A stretch of 32,000 nt of DNA from assembly GCF_000017945.1 (NCBI RefSeq), contig NC_009776.1, positions 330,001 through 362,000 on the forward strand. Reading direction: 5' to 3'. The DNA is from Ignicoccus hospitalis KIN4/I (GTDB lineage Archaea; Thermoproteota; Thermoprotei_A; Sulfolobales; Ignicoccaceae). Of the stretch, positions 1 to 9,019 are shown piece by piece. The notes under the pieces were generated by a model that had not been told where the DNA came from, made no database searches, and was given only the letters and a program-made list of their open reading frames with translations. Numbering within the stretch: the stretch's first letter is position 1; every line of letters starts with the position of its first letter. Both the position numbers and the translations under genes were made by a program.

Positions 1-527
1 AGCTCGCCGAGCAAGAACAGCCCGAAGGTGGCTAGGACCCCGTTGCGGAGCATCCTCCTCTCGTGCTCGTGGAGCGCGGGCCACAAGTAGCACAAGAACT
101 GGTATATTATATAGGGGGCAGAAATCACCAGGGCGCCCCAAATTATAACCATGACGTAGGCGTTGAACAAGCTCTCAGCGTGACATATTACGGGCTTAAC
201 CCCCATGTGCATAATTGCCAACGTTATTATTCTGAGGAGCGCAACCATCGCCGGTACGTAGCCTATCCACTTTATCAGCTCCGCTATGTACTGGGCCCCT
301 ACGGCGTTGCCCACGTCCTCGGGGCTGCAGTACAAGTGCATGAGGGGACACGTGACCCAGTTTATGGGGAAGAGGGCCACTAAGAGTAAGGCTAAGAAGA
401 AGGCGACTATGGACCTCCTTATAGTCTTTAACAACTCCTCCAAGTGGTAGGTGATGTCTTCTACCCTCTCCGCCTCTTCAACGTTGCACTCGAAGGGGGA
501 CTTCAGCTTCTTTATCAATGACTTCAA
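1..527 (-). CDS. tatC: Sec-independent protein translocase TatC, partial (C-terminus runs off the left edge)
   Basis: Manual translation of the minus strand from a TTG at 527: MKSLIKKLKSPFECNVEEAERVEDITYHLEELLKTIRRSIVAFFLALLLVALF...FNAYVMVIIWGALVISAPYIIYQFLCYLWPALHEHERRMLRNGVLATFGLFLLGE. The HLEEL N-terminal motif and the P-x-x-x-YQ-x-x-x-x-x-P-x-L-x-x-x-E-R/LFxxG region are TatC hallmarks. It is absent from the ORF track. Confidence 0.85.
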   Translation of the reverse strand, partial: MKSLIKKLKSPFECNVEEAERVEDITYHLEELLKTIRRSIVAFFLALLLVALFPINWVTCPLMHLYCSPEDVGNAVGAQYIAELIKWIGYVPAMVALLRIITLAIMHMGVKPVICHAESLFNAYVMVIIWGALVISAPYIIYQFLCYLWPALHEHERRMLRNGVLATFGLFLLGE

Positions 528-675
528 CGCTTCCGTGTCCCAGCCCCTTGGGGGCTAGCTAGATTTAGGCTTGCGGGTCGGTCGAGGCTCTCCGTTCACC
601 GCCTCACCCCTTACGAGCTACCTCATCCCCGCGGGCGCCTCAAAAGCTCTCGTCCGGCCCCTCGGGGGGCGGGCG

Positions 676-1179
676 TTGAAGGTAGTTGTGGGGAGCGCCA
701 ACCTCGTCAAGGTGAGAGCCGTAAAGGAGGCCTTGGAAGAGCTGGGGATAGAGGCGGAGGTGGAGGCCTTAGAAGTCCCCAGCGGGGTGCCCCCGCTCCC
801 AGTGGGGGAGGAGGTCTTCCGGGGGGCGGAGAACAGGGCCTCGGCCGCCGCCGAGCGCGGCGACGTAGGAGTGGGCTTGGAGTCTGGACTCTTCCTCTTG
901 AATGGGAAGTTGTTCATGATATCGGTGGCAGCCGTGAAGGCAGAGGGACTCCACTTCGGCCTGTCCCCAGGCTTCGAGCTGCCGGAGTCGTGGGCCCCTA
1001 AGGTACTGAAGGACACGTCGGAATTCTACAAGATGATGGAGGCGTACGGGGGGAGGGAGTTGGGGAAGGGGAAAGGGTTGGTGGGGGTCCTCACGAAGGG
1101 CGTGGTGACGAGGAAGGACTTCTGTAAGATGGCCGTCATAATGGCGTTTTCAAAGGCGTTTAACGAGGTTTGGCGGTAG
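676..1179 (+). CDS. Inosine/xanthosine triphosphatase, DUF84/YjjX family NTPase
   Basis: From TTG 676: MKVVVGSANLVKVRAVKEALEELG...SGVPPLPVGEEVFRGAENRA...GVGLESGLF...ELGKGKGLVGVLTKGVVTRKDF. It aligns by eye with the YjjX/MJ-type family. The track's start at 571 adds an unrelated low-complexity extension. Confidence 0.8.
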   Translation: MKVVVGSANLVKVRAVKEALEELGIEAEVEALEVPSGVPPLPVGEEVFRGAENRASAAAERGDVGVGLESGLFLLNGKLFMISVAAVKAEGLHFGLSPGFELPESWAPKVLKDTSEFYKMMEAYGGRELGKGKGLVGVLTKGVVTRKDFCKMAVIMAFSKAFNEVWR

Positions 1180-1245
1180 TCGAACATAATATCAGACCAG
1201 CGTCTTAACTCCGCCTCCCCTTAGAGGGCGCGGAGCGGTGAAACC

Positions 1246-2289
1246 TTGGTCGGCATAGCGGGCTGGGGGGCCTACGTGCCCCTCTACAGAGTCTCCACAG
1301 AAGAGATAGCGCTTCACTGGGGCTCCGACCCTAAGGTCCCCTTATCCTTGGGCGTGAAGGAGAAGTCCGTCGCGGGGCCTGACGAGGACTCGGTAACCAT
1401 AGCGTGGGAGGCCGCGGTAAACGCCTTGACGAGGGCCCAAGTGGACCCTAAAGACGTAGGGATGGTCTTCATAGGCTCCGAGTCCAAGCCCTACGCGGTC
1501 AAGCCCTCCTCCACGATAATTGCCGACGCCCTAGGGATAGCTCCAGAGACCATGGCAGTGGACGCGGAGTTCGCTTGCAGGGCAGCAAGCGAGGGCTTGC
1601 GCCACGCGCTGGTCTTGGTGAGCGAGGGGGCGGTGAGGCACGCGTTGATAATAGGGACCGACACCGCCCAAGGGGCGCCCGGGGACGTCTTGGAGTACAC
1701 GGCCGCCTCCGGCGGGGCGGCCTTCGTGGTCTCCAACGAAAACGTCGTCGCCAACTTCCTCGACGCCTACACCTTCGTTACCGATACCCCGGACTTCTGG
1801 AGGCGCGACGGGAGCCAGTTCCCCGCCCACGGGGAGGGCTTCACCGGGGAGCCGGCCTACTTCTACCACTTGTACAACGCCATAAAAGAGCTGATGGAGA
1901 GGAACTCGTTAAAGCCCTCGGACGTGGCCTACTTCGTCCCCCACCAGCCCAACGTGAGGTTCCCCATGAAGCTGGCGAAGATGTTGGGCTTCAAGAGGGA
2001 ACAGCTAATGATAGGCTTGACCACAGCTGACATAGGGAACACCTACAACGCCTCTGCCTTCCTAGGGATGACGAGGGTACTCGACAACGCGTCGCCGGGC
2101 GACTTGGTGCTGATGGCGCCGTTCGGCTCGGGGGCGGGGGCGGACGCTTACCTCTTCGAGGTTACGGACAGGGTGGAGGAGGCCAAGGCCTTGGCGCCCA
2201 CCACGCAGAGCTACATAGAGAGGAGGAAGGTTATAGACTACGCGACCTACTTGCGGTTCAGGAACAAGATAAAGAAGTTGGCGAGGTGA
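1246..2289 (+). CDS. mvaS: Hydroxymethylglutaryl-CoA synthase, archaeal type
   Basis: 347 aa; VGIAGWGAYVPLYR, DAEFACRAASEGL (catalytic Cys), YFVPHQPN and APFGSGAGADAY. Located next to a thiolase and a DUF35 protein, the typical archaeal cassette. Confidence 0.92.
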   Translation: MVGIAGWGAYVPLYRVSTEEIALHWGSDPKVPLSLGVKEKSVAGPDEDSVTIAWEAAVNALTRAQVDPKDVGMVFIGSESKPYAVKPSSTIIADALGIAPETMAVDAEFACRAASEGLRHALVLVSEGAVRHALIIGTDTAQGAPGDVLEYTAASGGAAFVVSNENVVANFLDAYTFVTDTPDFWRRDGSQFPAHGEGFTGEPAYFYHLYNAIKELMERNSLKPSDVAYFVPHQPNVRFPMKLAKMLGFKREQLMIGLTTADIGNTYNASAFLGMTRVLDNASPGDLVLMAPFGSGAGADAYLFEVTDRVEEAKALAPTTQSYIERRKVIDYATYLRFRNKIKKLAR

Positions 2290-3356
2290 GGCCGTTGTAC
2301 GTCTGCTCGGCCAACGTGGTGAAGGTCGATAGGCACTACGACAAGAGCTCTTCTGCCTTGGCCGTGGAGGCCCTCGCGCCGGTGGTGGAGGCGTGCGGCG
2401 AGCCCGACGCGCTGGTAGTTAGCACTTACTTGTCCCGCTACCAAGAGTCCTTCGGCAACTTGGGAGCGCTCTTGGCCGAGTACTTGGGCTTCAAGGGGGA
2501 GGTGTACGAGGTCTCCGCCGGGGAGGCCTCGGGGGGCGCGGCGGTGGCTCTCGCATACAAGCTCGTTAGGTCGGGCCTCAAGAGGGTACTGGTAGTGGGG
2601 GTGGACAAGACTAACGACTTCCAGTCAAAGAAGGCCGTGAAACACTTACAAACCCTCTTAAGTCCTTACGAGTCCTTCTACGGCCTGACCTACGCCGGCG
2701 CCCACGCGCTCGCTGCCTCCTTGTACATGAAGGAGTTCAACGTCAGTAGGGAGGAGCTCGCCCACTGGGCGGTGGTCATGCACGACAACGCCACCGCCGT
2801 GCCCCACGCACAGCTGAGGTTCCCGGTGACGGTCGAGAAGGTCTTGAACTCCAACTCCGTAGCGGAGCCCTTGAAGCTCTTGGACTCTCACCCGTTCAGC
2901 GACGGGGCCGCGGCGGTCATGCTTACTTCCGAGACCTCGCCAGTAGCCTTGGAAGTCGCGGCAGCTTCGTCCAAACTGACTTTGGCAGAGAGGGACTTAA
3001 CTTTCATGGAAAGCGCCAAGGCGGCGATGGAGGCCTTGGGGAACCCGGAGCCGGAGGCGGTGGAGGTCCACGACCCCTTCAGCGTGGCCGGCGTCATAGC
3101 GCTCGAGTCCTTAGGCCTCGCCCCTAGGGGGAAGGGCATTAAGTACTTGTTAGAGAACGCCCACTCGGTCAACCCCTCTGGGGGGTTGAAGGCGAGGGGT
3201 CACCCGGTGGGGGCCACGGGGGTTTACCAAGTGGCCGAGGGCTTCCTCGCGATAACCTCCGGCCTGGGCAAGCTGGGCAAGGTCAGCAGTTTCTTGGCCC
3301 ACAGTTCCAACTTGATGGGGGCTACTACGTACTTAACGTACATGAGGGAGGTGTAA
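2286..3356 (+). CDS. Thiolase superfamily protein (putative acetoacetyl-CoA thiolase of the archaeal mevalonate cassette)
   Basis: 356 aa; NPSGGLKARGHPVGATGVYQ signature and EVHDPFSVAGVIALESLGLAP. GTG start overlaps the mvaS stop codon. The nucleophilic Cys position reads Glu (see findings). Confidence 0.85.
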   Translation: MRPLYVCSANVVKVDRHYDKSSSALAVEALAPVVEACGEPDALVVSTYLSRYQESFGNLGALLAEYLGFKGEVYEVSAGEASGGAAVALAYKLVRSGLKRVLVVGVDKTNDFQSKKAVKHLQTLLSPYESFYGLTYAGAHALAASLYMKEFNVSREELAHWAVVMHDNATAVPHAQLRFPVTVEKVLNSNSVAEPLKLLDSHPFSDGAAAVMLTSETSPVALEVAAASSKLTLAERDLTFMESAKAAMEALGNPEPEAVEVHDPFSVAGVIALESLGLAPRGKGIKYLLENAHSVNPSGGLKARGHPVGATGVYQVAEGFLAITSGLGKLGKVSSFLAHSSNLMGATTYLTYMREV

Positions 3357-3359
3357 GCC

Positions 3360-3755
3360 GTGGAGATAAGTCCGGCTGCTGTTTGGAGGGAGAAGCCCTA
3401 TAGGTATAGGCTAGAGGTGAGGAGGTGCCCCAGCTGCAAGAGGGTGTTCAGAGAGGAGGTGACCCACTGCCCGAGGTGCGGCGTCGAGACCGTTAGGGAG
3501 AGGCTCCCTTGGAGGGGCAAGCTGCTGGCTTGGACCAAGATCTGCCAAGTGCCGGAGGGGTTCGAGGACCAAGCCCCCTTGTACGTGGGGCTGGTGGAAC
3601 TGGAGAACGGGGAGAGGGTGGTGGCTAGGCTGACGGACGTAATGGAAGAGCCGAAGGAGGGCTCGGAGGTCCAAGCGGTGCTCAGAAAGGTTAGAGCCGA
3701 CGGGGAGACGGGCTTGATAGAGTACGCGCTCTTCTTTAGGGTTATTCCAAAATGA
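3360..3755 (+). CDS. DUF35 / Zn-ribbon + OB-fold acyl-CoA-associated protein
   Basis: 131 aa; CPSCKRVFREEVTHCPRCG rubredoxin-like Zn ribbon followed by an OB-like segment; immediately downstream of the thiolase. Confidence 0.85.
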   Translation: MEISPAAVWREKPYRYRLEVRRCPSCKRVFREEVTHCPRCGVETVRERLPWRGKLLAWTKICQVPEGFEDQAPLYVGLVELENGERVVARLTDVMEEPKEGSEVQAVLRKVRADGETGLIEYALFFRVIPK

Positions 3756-5175
3756 TCACTTTCCTCACCTTTTTGTAGGCCGCTACCCTCTTGTTCACGA
3801 AGTCCATTATTTCCTCCGGGGTGGCCTTGCAGCCCTCCTTGAGCTTTACCTTCGCTACGGGTATCTGGCCCACTTCGCCCGCCGGCTCGCCCACGACCTC
3901 CGCTTCGGCTACGCACGGGTGCTTGAGCAGTATCAGCTCTAAGTCCTTGGGGAATATCGGATAACCCTTGTACTTCAACATCCTCTTCCTTACCCCTCTG
4001 AAGTAATAGAAGCCCTCCTCGTCCTTGGCGAGTATGTCGCCCGTCCTCATCCAGACCTTTCCGTTAACCTCAACGAAGGCCTTGGAGTTCTCCTCCGGGT
4101 CGGGGTAACACTTCATCACTTGGGGACCTCTCACTAGGAGCTCCCCTTGGTCCTCCACGGGCTCTAGGGTCTCCGGGTTCACCAGCAAGGCCTCCACGCC
4201 GGGCAAGGGGAAGCCCAAGCTGCCGATCTTGTGCTTCTCCGGGGTGGTCGCGAATATCTGAGGGGCCTCAGTCATGCCGTAGACTTGCAGCAGCGGCTTG
4301 CCGGTGAGCTCCTCCCACCTCCTCTGGTCGTCGGGAGGCAAGTAGGCGCCGCCGCTCATCGCCCACCTCAAGCTCTGACCTAGGGACTTGACGAACTCCT
4401 CGTCCTCCTTCATGAGGGTTTGGAACACCAAGGGGACCGCCACCAAGTAGGTGGGGCTCCTCCTGGCTACCATTTCCTTTATTTTATCCATGTTGAACTT
4501 CTTGAGCAACAAGGCAGTGGCTCCGGAGACCAGCGCGCTGAGGAGGGCCGCGTCCAAGCCCAACACGTGGGTTAGGGGAACCGTAACCAAGCTCACGTCG
4601 TTAGCATTTATCCCTTCAGCCTGTACGAGGGGCATTATAGCCCCGGTGAAGGAGCGGTGGGAGTGGATCACTTGCATGGTCCTCCCCGCGATGCCGGCGT
4701 AGTAGAAGACCCTCGCGTCGTCCTCGTAGCCCACGACGACCTCGTGCTCCCCGGAGGCGGAGGAGAGGTCCTTCTCTGTGAGGACCGCGTAGCCCTTCAA
4801 GGTCTCGCTCTCCCTCTGGAGGACCTCCTCGTCCGCCAGCACGACCTTCGGGGCGCTGTCGTTGAGCTGGAAGGCTAGGTCTTCCTTCTGGGTCAAGGCG
4901 TCCACTATGACGACCCTCGCCCCCGCGTAGAGGGCCCCCAACAGCGAGGTGACGAACTCCGGCCTGTTGAACATTATTAGGAAGACGGTGTCGCACTTCC
5001 TTACCTTGTTTTCGTACAGCAAGTTAGCGACGGCCTTAGCCTTCGATATCAAGTCTTTGTAGGTCAGTTCGGTCCCGTCCTCGTATACCAGAGCTACCTT
5101 GTCCGGGCTCTCCCGCGCCCTCTCTTCTATTATCTTATGGACGGGCTTGCCGGGGTCGTGGTACACCGGGGCCAC
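3742..5175 (-). CDS. AMP-dependent acyl-CoA synthetase (ANL superfamily) homolog with degenerate motifs
   Basis: 477 aa; VYGMTEAP (A5), GELLVRGPQVMKCY, WMRTGDI...DEEGFYYFRGVRKRMLKYKGYPIFPKDLE (A7/A8). The P-loop region and A10 are non-canonical. Confidence 0.8.
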   Translation of the reverse strand: MAPVYHDPGKPVHKIIEERARESPDKVALVYEDGTELTYKDLISKAKAVANLLYENKVRKCDTVFLIMFNRPEFVTSLLGALYAGARVVIVDALTQKEDLAFQLNDSAPKVVLADEEVLQRESETLKGYAVLTEKDLSSASGEHEVVVGYEDDARVFYYAGIAGRTMQVIHSHRSFTGAIMPLVQAEGINANDVSLVTVPLTHVLGLDAALLSALVSGATALLLKKFNMDKIKEMVARRSPTYLVAVPLVFQTLMKEDEEFVKSLGQSLRWAMSGGAYLPPDDQRRWEELTGKPLLQVYGMTEAPQIFATTPEKHKIGSLGFPLPGVEALLVNPETLEPVEDQGELLVRGPQVMKCYPDPEENSKAFVEVNGKVWMRTGDILAKDEEGFYYFRGVRKRMLKYKGYPIFPKDLELILLKHPCVAEAEVVGEPAGEVGQIPVAKVKLKEGCKATPEEIMDFVNKRVAAYKKVRKVIILE

Positions 5176-5204
5176 CGCCCTCGGCTAGAGAAGGAAGGAA
5201 ATAT

Positions 5205-5582
5205 TTACTCCGGCTCCCACTCCTCTTCTCCCTCCTCCTCCGCGCCCTCCAACAAGGACTCGTCCGCCTCGTAGCCCTCCTCTTCTGTCAAAAACGACTT
5301 CAGCTCGTCTATGGGGACGTCAACTATAGCTATCTCGTTGGCCTCTTTACCCTTAACGACTATCAGGGTTTTGTTCCCCACCCCGAAGGCCTTGAACTTG
5401 CCCTCGCTGCCCTCCACCTCCAAAGAGCCCTCCCCTTCCTTAACCTCGCCCACCTCCCCCAAGTAGAGGGGAACTACGTTCCGGAAGGTCTCCCCGTCTA
5501 TGAACGCGAGGAACACCTTTTTGCCCTTCAGAGCCTCCGTTAACTCCTCCACCGCCTTCTGTCCCAGCTCGACCCTCTCCAA
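5205..5582 (-). CDS. Hypothetical protein with a strongly acidic C-terminal tail
   Basis: 125 aa ORF in line with flanking minus-strand genes; ends EGAEEEGEEEWEPE. Confidence 0.5.
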   Translation of the reverse strand: MERVELGQKAVEELTEALKGKKVFLAFIDGETFRNVVPLYLGEVGEVKEGEGSLEVEGSEGKFKAFGVGNKTLIVVKGKEANEIAIVDVPIDELKSFLTEEEGYEADESLLEGAEEEGEEEWEPE

Positions 5583-5615
5583 AGCCCTTGACCCTTCGAG
5601 CCCTCCGACCTCGAG

Positions 5616-6473
5616 CTAAGAAGTTGACAGCCTCTTGAGGTAGTCGAGGGTCACCAGGGCCAGGGCGAGCAAGATCAAGGCCGCCCCGGCCAGCTGGGGG
5701 CCGCTCAAGGCCTCCCCGAGGGAGGCGGAGGCCAAGGCCAAGGTGAGCAATGGCAAGGCGTTTATGTAGACCCCGGCCCTCGCCGCCCCCACGAGGTTGA
5801 CCGAGTAGAGCCAGAGGAAGTAGGCCAAGAACCCCGGCACGAGGGAGACGTAGAGCAGCCCAGCGAGCACCTCGGGGTCCGCCATGGGGGCGAGGGAGAA
5901 GAACGGGAGGGCCAAGAGGAAGTTGAAGGGTTGGGCCATCAGCGCGTTGCTCGTGAGGGACTCTATCGGCGAGAGCTCCCGCATGGCCTTCTTGGAGGCT
6001 ACCGTGTAAACTGCCCAGTCCAGAGCCGCCAGAGAGCCCAGCAGCGCGCCCAGCCAAGAGAGCCCGGAGCTGTCCAGTGTTAGCAGCGTTACGCCCGTAG
6101 AGCCCGCGGCCACCGAGGCGATCAGCAACGGGGTGAGCCTCTCCTTTAGGAACGCCGCGGCCAACACTGAAGTGAATATAGGGATTAGAGCCATCGTAAG
6201 CCCGACCACGGAGGCCTTTGCGTAGGTGAGGCCTAAGTAGGTGAGGGCGCTGAAGCCGGTTATGCCCGTCAAGGAAGGCAACAAGAGCTCCTTGCTCAAG
6301 ACCACTCGCAAGCCCTTGAGCCTCGAGTAGGCGTAGAGCAATGCCCCGGCTATCGCCCAGCGGAGGGCGGTCAAGGTCATCGCGTGGAGGCCCTTAGATA
6401 TGACGACCTTCGAGACCACGAAGTTGGTTGCCCACAAGAACTGCGGTATTAAGGGCACCAGCGCCTCTATCAT
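5616..6473 (-). CDS. EamA/DMT-family (drug/metabolite) permease
   Basis: 285 aa, multi-TM, two EamA-like repeats: LVPLIPQFLWATNFVVSKVVI...ALRWAIAGALLY and GALLGSLAALDWAVYTVASKK. Confidence 0.85.
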   Translation of the reverse strand: MIEALVPLIPQFLWATNFVVSKVVISKGLHAMTLTALRWAIAGALLYAYSRLKGLRVVLSKELLLPSLTGITGFSALTYLGLTYAKASVVGLTMALIPIFTSVLAAAFLKERLTPLLIASVAAGSTGVTLLTLDSSGLSWLGALLGSLAALDWAVYTVASKKAMRELSPIESLTSNALMAQPFNFLLALPFFSLAPMADPEVLAGLLYVSLVPGFLAYFLWLYSVNLVGAARAGVYINALPLLTLALASASLGEALSGPQLAGAALILLALALVTLDYLKRLSTS

Positions 6474-6506
6474 GCTCTATCCGCGAGGGGCGGGGGGCGC
6501 TTGCTA

Positions 6507-6827
6507 TTAAGCGGTCACGAGTATCATCTGGGCGTAAGGGACCCCGGCCACCTTGCCCACCGCCTTCGGGTGGACGAAGCCTCCCTCCACGGCCAGCCTC
6601 ACCGACCTCTCGCCTATTACGTAAAGCGAGGTGGCGGCGGACATCCTAGCTAGGGCGACGTCCTCGTCGACCAGCTCTCCCTTGAAGAAGTACTCGTCAA
6701 CCTTTAGCACTTTCTCTCCCTCCTTGAACTCCTTGCCCATCAGCTCCTCGTCAACCACCGCAACGATGACGTGGCCCTCCACTTCGTGGACCTTTACCCA
6801 GAACAGCCTCTCCTCCAAGGCGTCCAC
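6507..6827 (-). CDS. DUF424 family protein
   Basis: 106 aa; FWVKVHEVEGHVIVAVVDEELMGKEFKEGEKVLKV...GVPYAQMILV fits the archaeal DUF424 pattern. Confidence 0.75.
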   Translation of the reverse strand: MDALEERLFWVKVHEVEGHVIVAVVDEELMGKEFKEGEKVLKVDEYFFKGELVDEDVALARMSAATSLYVIGERSVRLAVEGGFVHPKAVGKVAGVPYAQMILVTA

Positions 6828-6828
6828 C

Positions 6829-7755
6829 TCACTGGAGCCCTAAGGCCTCTAAGATCCTCTGGGCGACCTCCAAGGAGGTCCTCCTCTGGGCCTCCTCCGT
6901 CTGGGCTCCTATGTGGGCGGTAGCGAACGTCCTCGGGTGTCTAATCAGCTTGAGTAGCTCCTCGCTCTTCGGGGGCTCCTCCGGGTAGACGTCCAGCCCT
7001 ACCCCCCACAGCTTGCCGCTCTCCAAGGCCTCGAGCAACGCGGAGTAGTCTGCCACTTCCCCCCTGGCCGCGTTGATCAATATGGCCCCGTCCTTCATTA
7101 TCTTGATCCGGTCCCTATTTATCATGTTTCTGGTCTGCTCCGTTAAGGGGACGTGTAAGCTGACCACGTCGGACTTCCTCAAGAGCTCCTCCAAGTCTTG
7201 GGTGAACTCTACGCCCATCTCCTTCGCGGTCTCGCTCAAGTCTACAACGTCGTAGGCGATTACGTTCATTCCCAACGCCTTGGCCTTCTTCGCAACCTCC
7301 CGGCCTATCCTGCCGAAGCCGACCACGCCCAAGGTCTTGCCGGCGAGCTCAAAGCCCATCACCTTCTCCCACTCGCCCTCCAAGAGCTTACGGTAGCTGT
7401 AGTGCGCCCTGCGGGCTAGAACAACCATCATTCCTATTACCAGCTCTGCCACCGCGTTCTTCAAAGCGTCGGGCGCGTTCACGACCTTTATTCCTTTTTC
7501 CTTCGCGGCCTCTAGGTCTATGTTGTCCAGCCCGCTCCCCGCTCTGGCGATTACCTTGAGCTTGTCCGCCGCCTCTATAACTTCTCTCCTAACCTTAGTC
7601 CTGCTCCTTACTATCAACACGTCAAACCCCTTTATCCTCTCCTTGAGGACCTCCGGCTTGTAGGCCTCCAAGTCCTCCACTACTTCTATTCCCTTTTCCC
7701 TCAAGAGCTCGAGGCCCGCGGGGTGCACCTTGTCCGTTACGAGAGCCCTATACAT
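6829..7755 (-). CDS. serA: D-3-phosphoglycerate dehydrogenase (short form, no ACT domain)
   Basis: 308 aa; [44 protein letters not shown] and [16 protein letters not shown]; D-isomer-specific 2-hydroxyacid dehydrogenase signatures. Confidence 0.85.
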   Translation of the reverse strand: MYRALVTDKVHPAGLELLREKGIEVVEDLEAYKPEVLKERIKGFDVLIVRSRTKVRREVIEAADKLKVIARAGSGLDNIDLEAAKEKGIKVVNAPDALKNAVAELVIGMMVVLARRAHYSYRKLLEGEWEKVMGFELAGKTLGVVGFGRIGREVAKKAKALGMNVIAYDVVDLSETAKEMGVEFTQDLEELLRKSDVVSLHVPLTEQTRNMINRDRIKIMKDGAILINAARGEVADYSALLEALESGKLWGVGLDVYPEEPPKSEELLKLIRHPRTFATAHIGAQTEEAQRRTSLEVAQRILEALGLQ

Positions 7756-7789
7756 CTGGGGACGCCGCTGACCCCCCGCAAAAAGGGGC

Positions 7790-9004
7790 TTAAAGGATCT
7801 TAGAGAGCTTGTACTCTATTGCCTTAGCGTGGTACTTCATTCCCTCCAACCTCGCCAGCTCCGCTGCCAACTTCAGTAGGTCGGCAGCCTCCGGGAAGAC
7901 CTCCACCAGCGTGGTCCACCTCATGAAGTCTACGGGCCCCAGCGGGCCCCTCGCCTTGGCCCACCCGGAGGTGGGGAGCACGTGGTTGGGGCCGGCGGAG
8001 TAGTCCAAGAACGGGCTCGGGGCCTTGAAGGAGGCCGCCCCCGCGACCGGGGGCTCGTAGGTTTCCGCGTAAACGGAGACGTGCTCCGGCGCCAGCTCGC
8101 TCACCAACCTCTTCGCCTCCTCTAGGTCCCTCACGACCGTGGCGTAGAGCCCCCCTTCCACTTCCTCCCCCTTTACCCTCTTCTCTACTTCAAGCACCAG
8201 GCCCTCGTCCGTGGAGACCAGCAAGGCGAAGCTGGTGGGGCCGTGCTCCGCTTGGGCCAACATGTCGTAAGCTACCTCCTCCGGGTCCGCGGAGGAGTCA
8301 GCTATCACGGCGAGCTCCGTAGGACCGGCTATCATGTCGATGGGGACGTCGACGGAAACTAAGAGCTTGGCGGCTTGAACGTAGGGCCCCCCGGGGCCCA
8401 CGACCTTGTGAGCCCCGGCCACGTAGGCTAGGGCCGAGACCCCGTGGGCCCCGCCGGCGGCCAAGACGGAGTCCACCTTGGAGGCGAGGAACGCTGAAGC
8501 CATGACTTCGCTCGTGGCGAACTTGGGCGGGGTGGCGACAGTTACCTCCTTCACCCCTAAGGCCTTCGCAACTCCGGCGGTCATCAAGGCCGTGGAGGGG
8601 TAGGGGTAAAGGCCCCCGGGTACGTAAGCCCCCAAGCGCTCCACGGGCCTCCACAAGGTTACTGCCCTAACCCCCTTGGACGAGAAGGCGCTGTCCTTGG
8701 GGGCGGTTTGCTTGTGGAACGCGGAAAGTTGCTCCAAAACCTCCTCGAACAAGCTTACCAAGCTCTCCTTCGAGTAGGAGGCGAAGTCCTCCTGCGAGAG
8801 GGAGACGCAACCTTCGTAGTTATCGAACGCCTTGTTGTACTTCTTTACGGCCTCCAGCCCTCTGGCCTTAACTTCCTTAACTACGGGCATCACCTTCTCC
8901 ACGTATTCCCAAAGGTCCAAGGACCCCCTCACGTTCTTCACTTCCTCCGGCGGGACGAACTTCAGCAAGGAACCCCTCCCGGAGGCCCTCGCGGGCCCCT
9001 TCAA
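7790..9004 (-). CDS. hisD: Histidinol dehydrogenase
   Basis: 404 aa; RLGAYVPGGLYPYPSTALMTAGVAKALGVKEV, DMIAGPTELAVIAD, HVSVYAE and AGPNHVLPTSGWAKARGPLGPVDF. Confidence 0.95.
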   Translation of the reverse strand: MKGPARASGRGSLLKFVPPEEVKNVRGSLDLWEYVEKVMPVVKEVKARGLEAVKKYNKAFDNYEGCVSLSQEDFASYSKESLVSLFEEVLEQLSAFHKQTAPKDSAFSSKGVRAVTLWRPVERLGAYVPGGLYPYPSTALMTAGVAKALGVKEVTVATPPKFATSEVMASAFLASKVDSVLAAGGAHGVSALAYVAGAHKVVGPGGPYVQAAKLLVSVDVPIDMIAGPTELAVIADSSADPEEVAYDMLAQAEHGPTSFALLVSTDEGLVLEVEKRVKGEEVEGGLYATVVRDLEEAKRLVSELAPEHVSVYAETYEPPVAGAASFKAPSPFLDYSAGPNHVLPTSGWAKARGPLGPVDFMRWTTLVEVFPEAADLLKLAAELARLEGMKYHAKAIEYKLSKIL

Positions 9005-9019
9005 AGGCTGTTATGACCT

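Noticed and set aside
63-383. Plus-strand 106-aa ORF
   Set aside because: It is antisense to tatC and Tyr/His-rich with no domain-like pattern.
5440-6057. 205-aa plus-strand ORF
   Set aside because: Composition (Gly/Arg/Leu) and position antisense to the EamA permease indicate a spurious frame.
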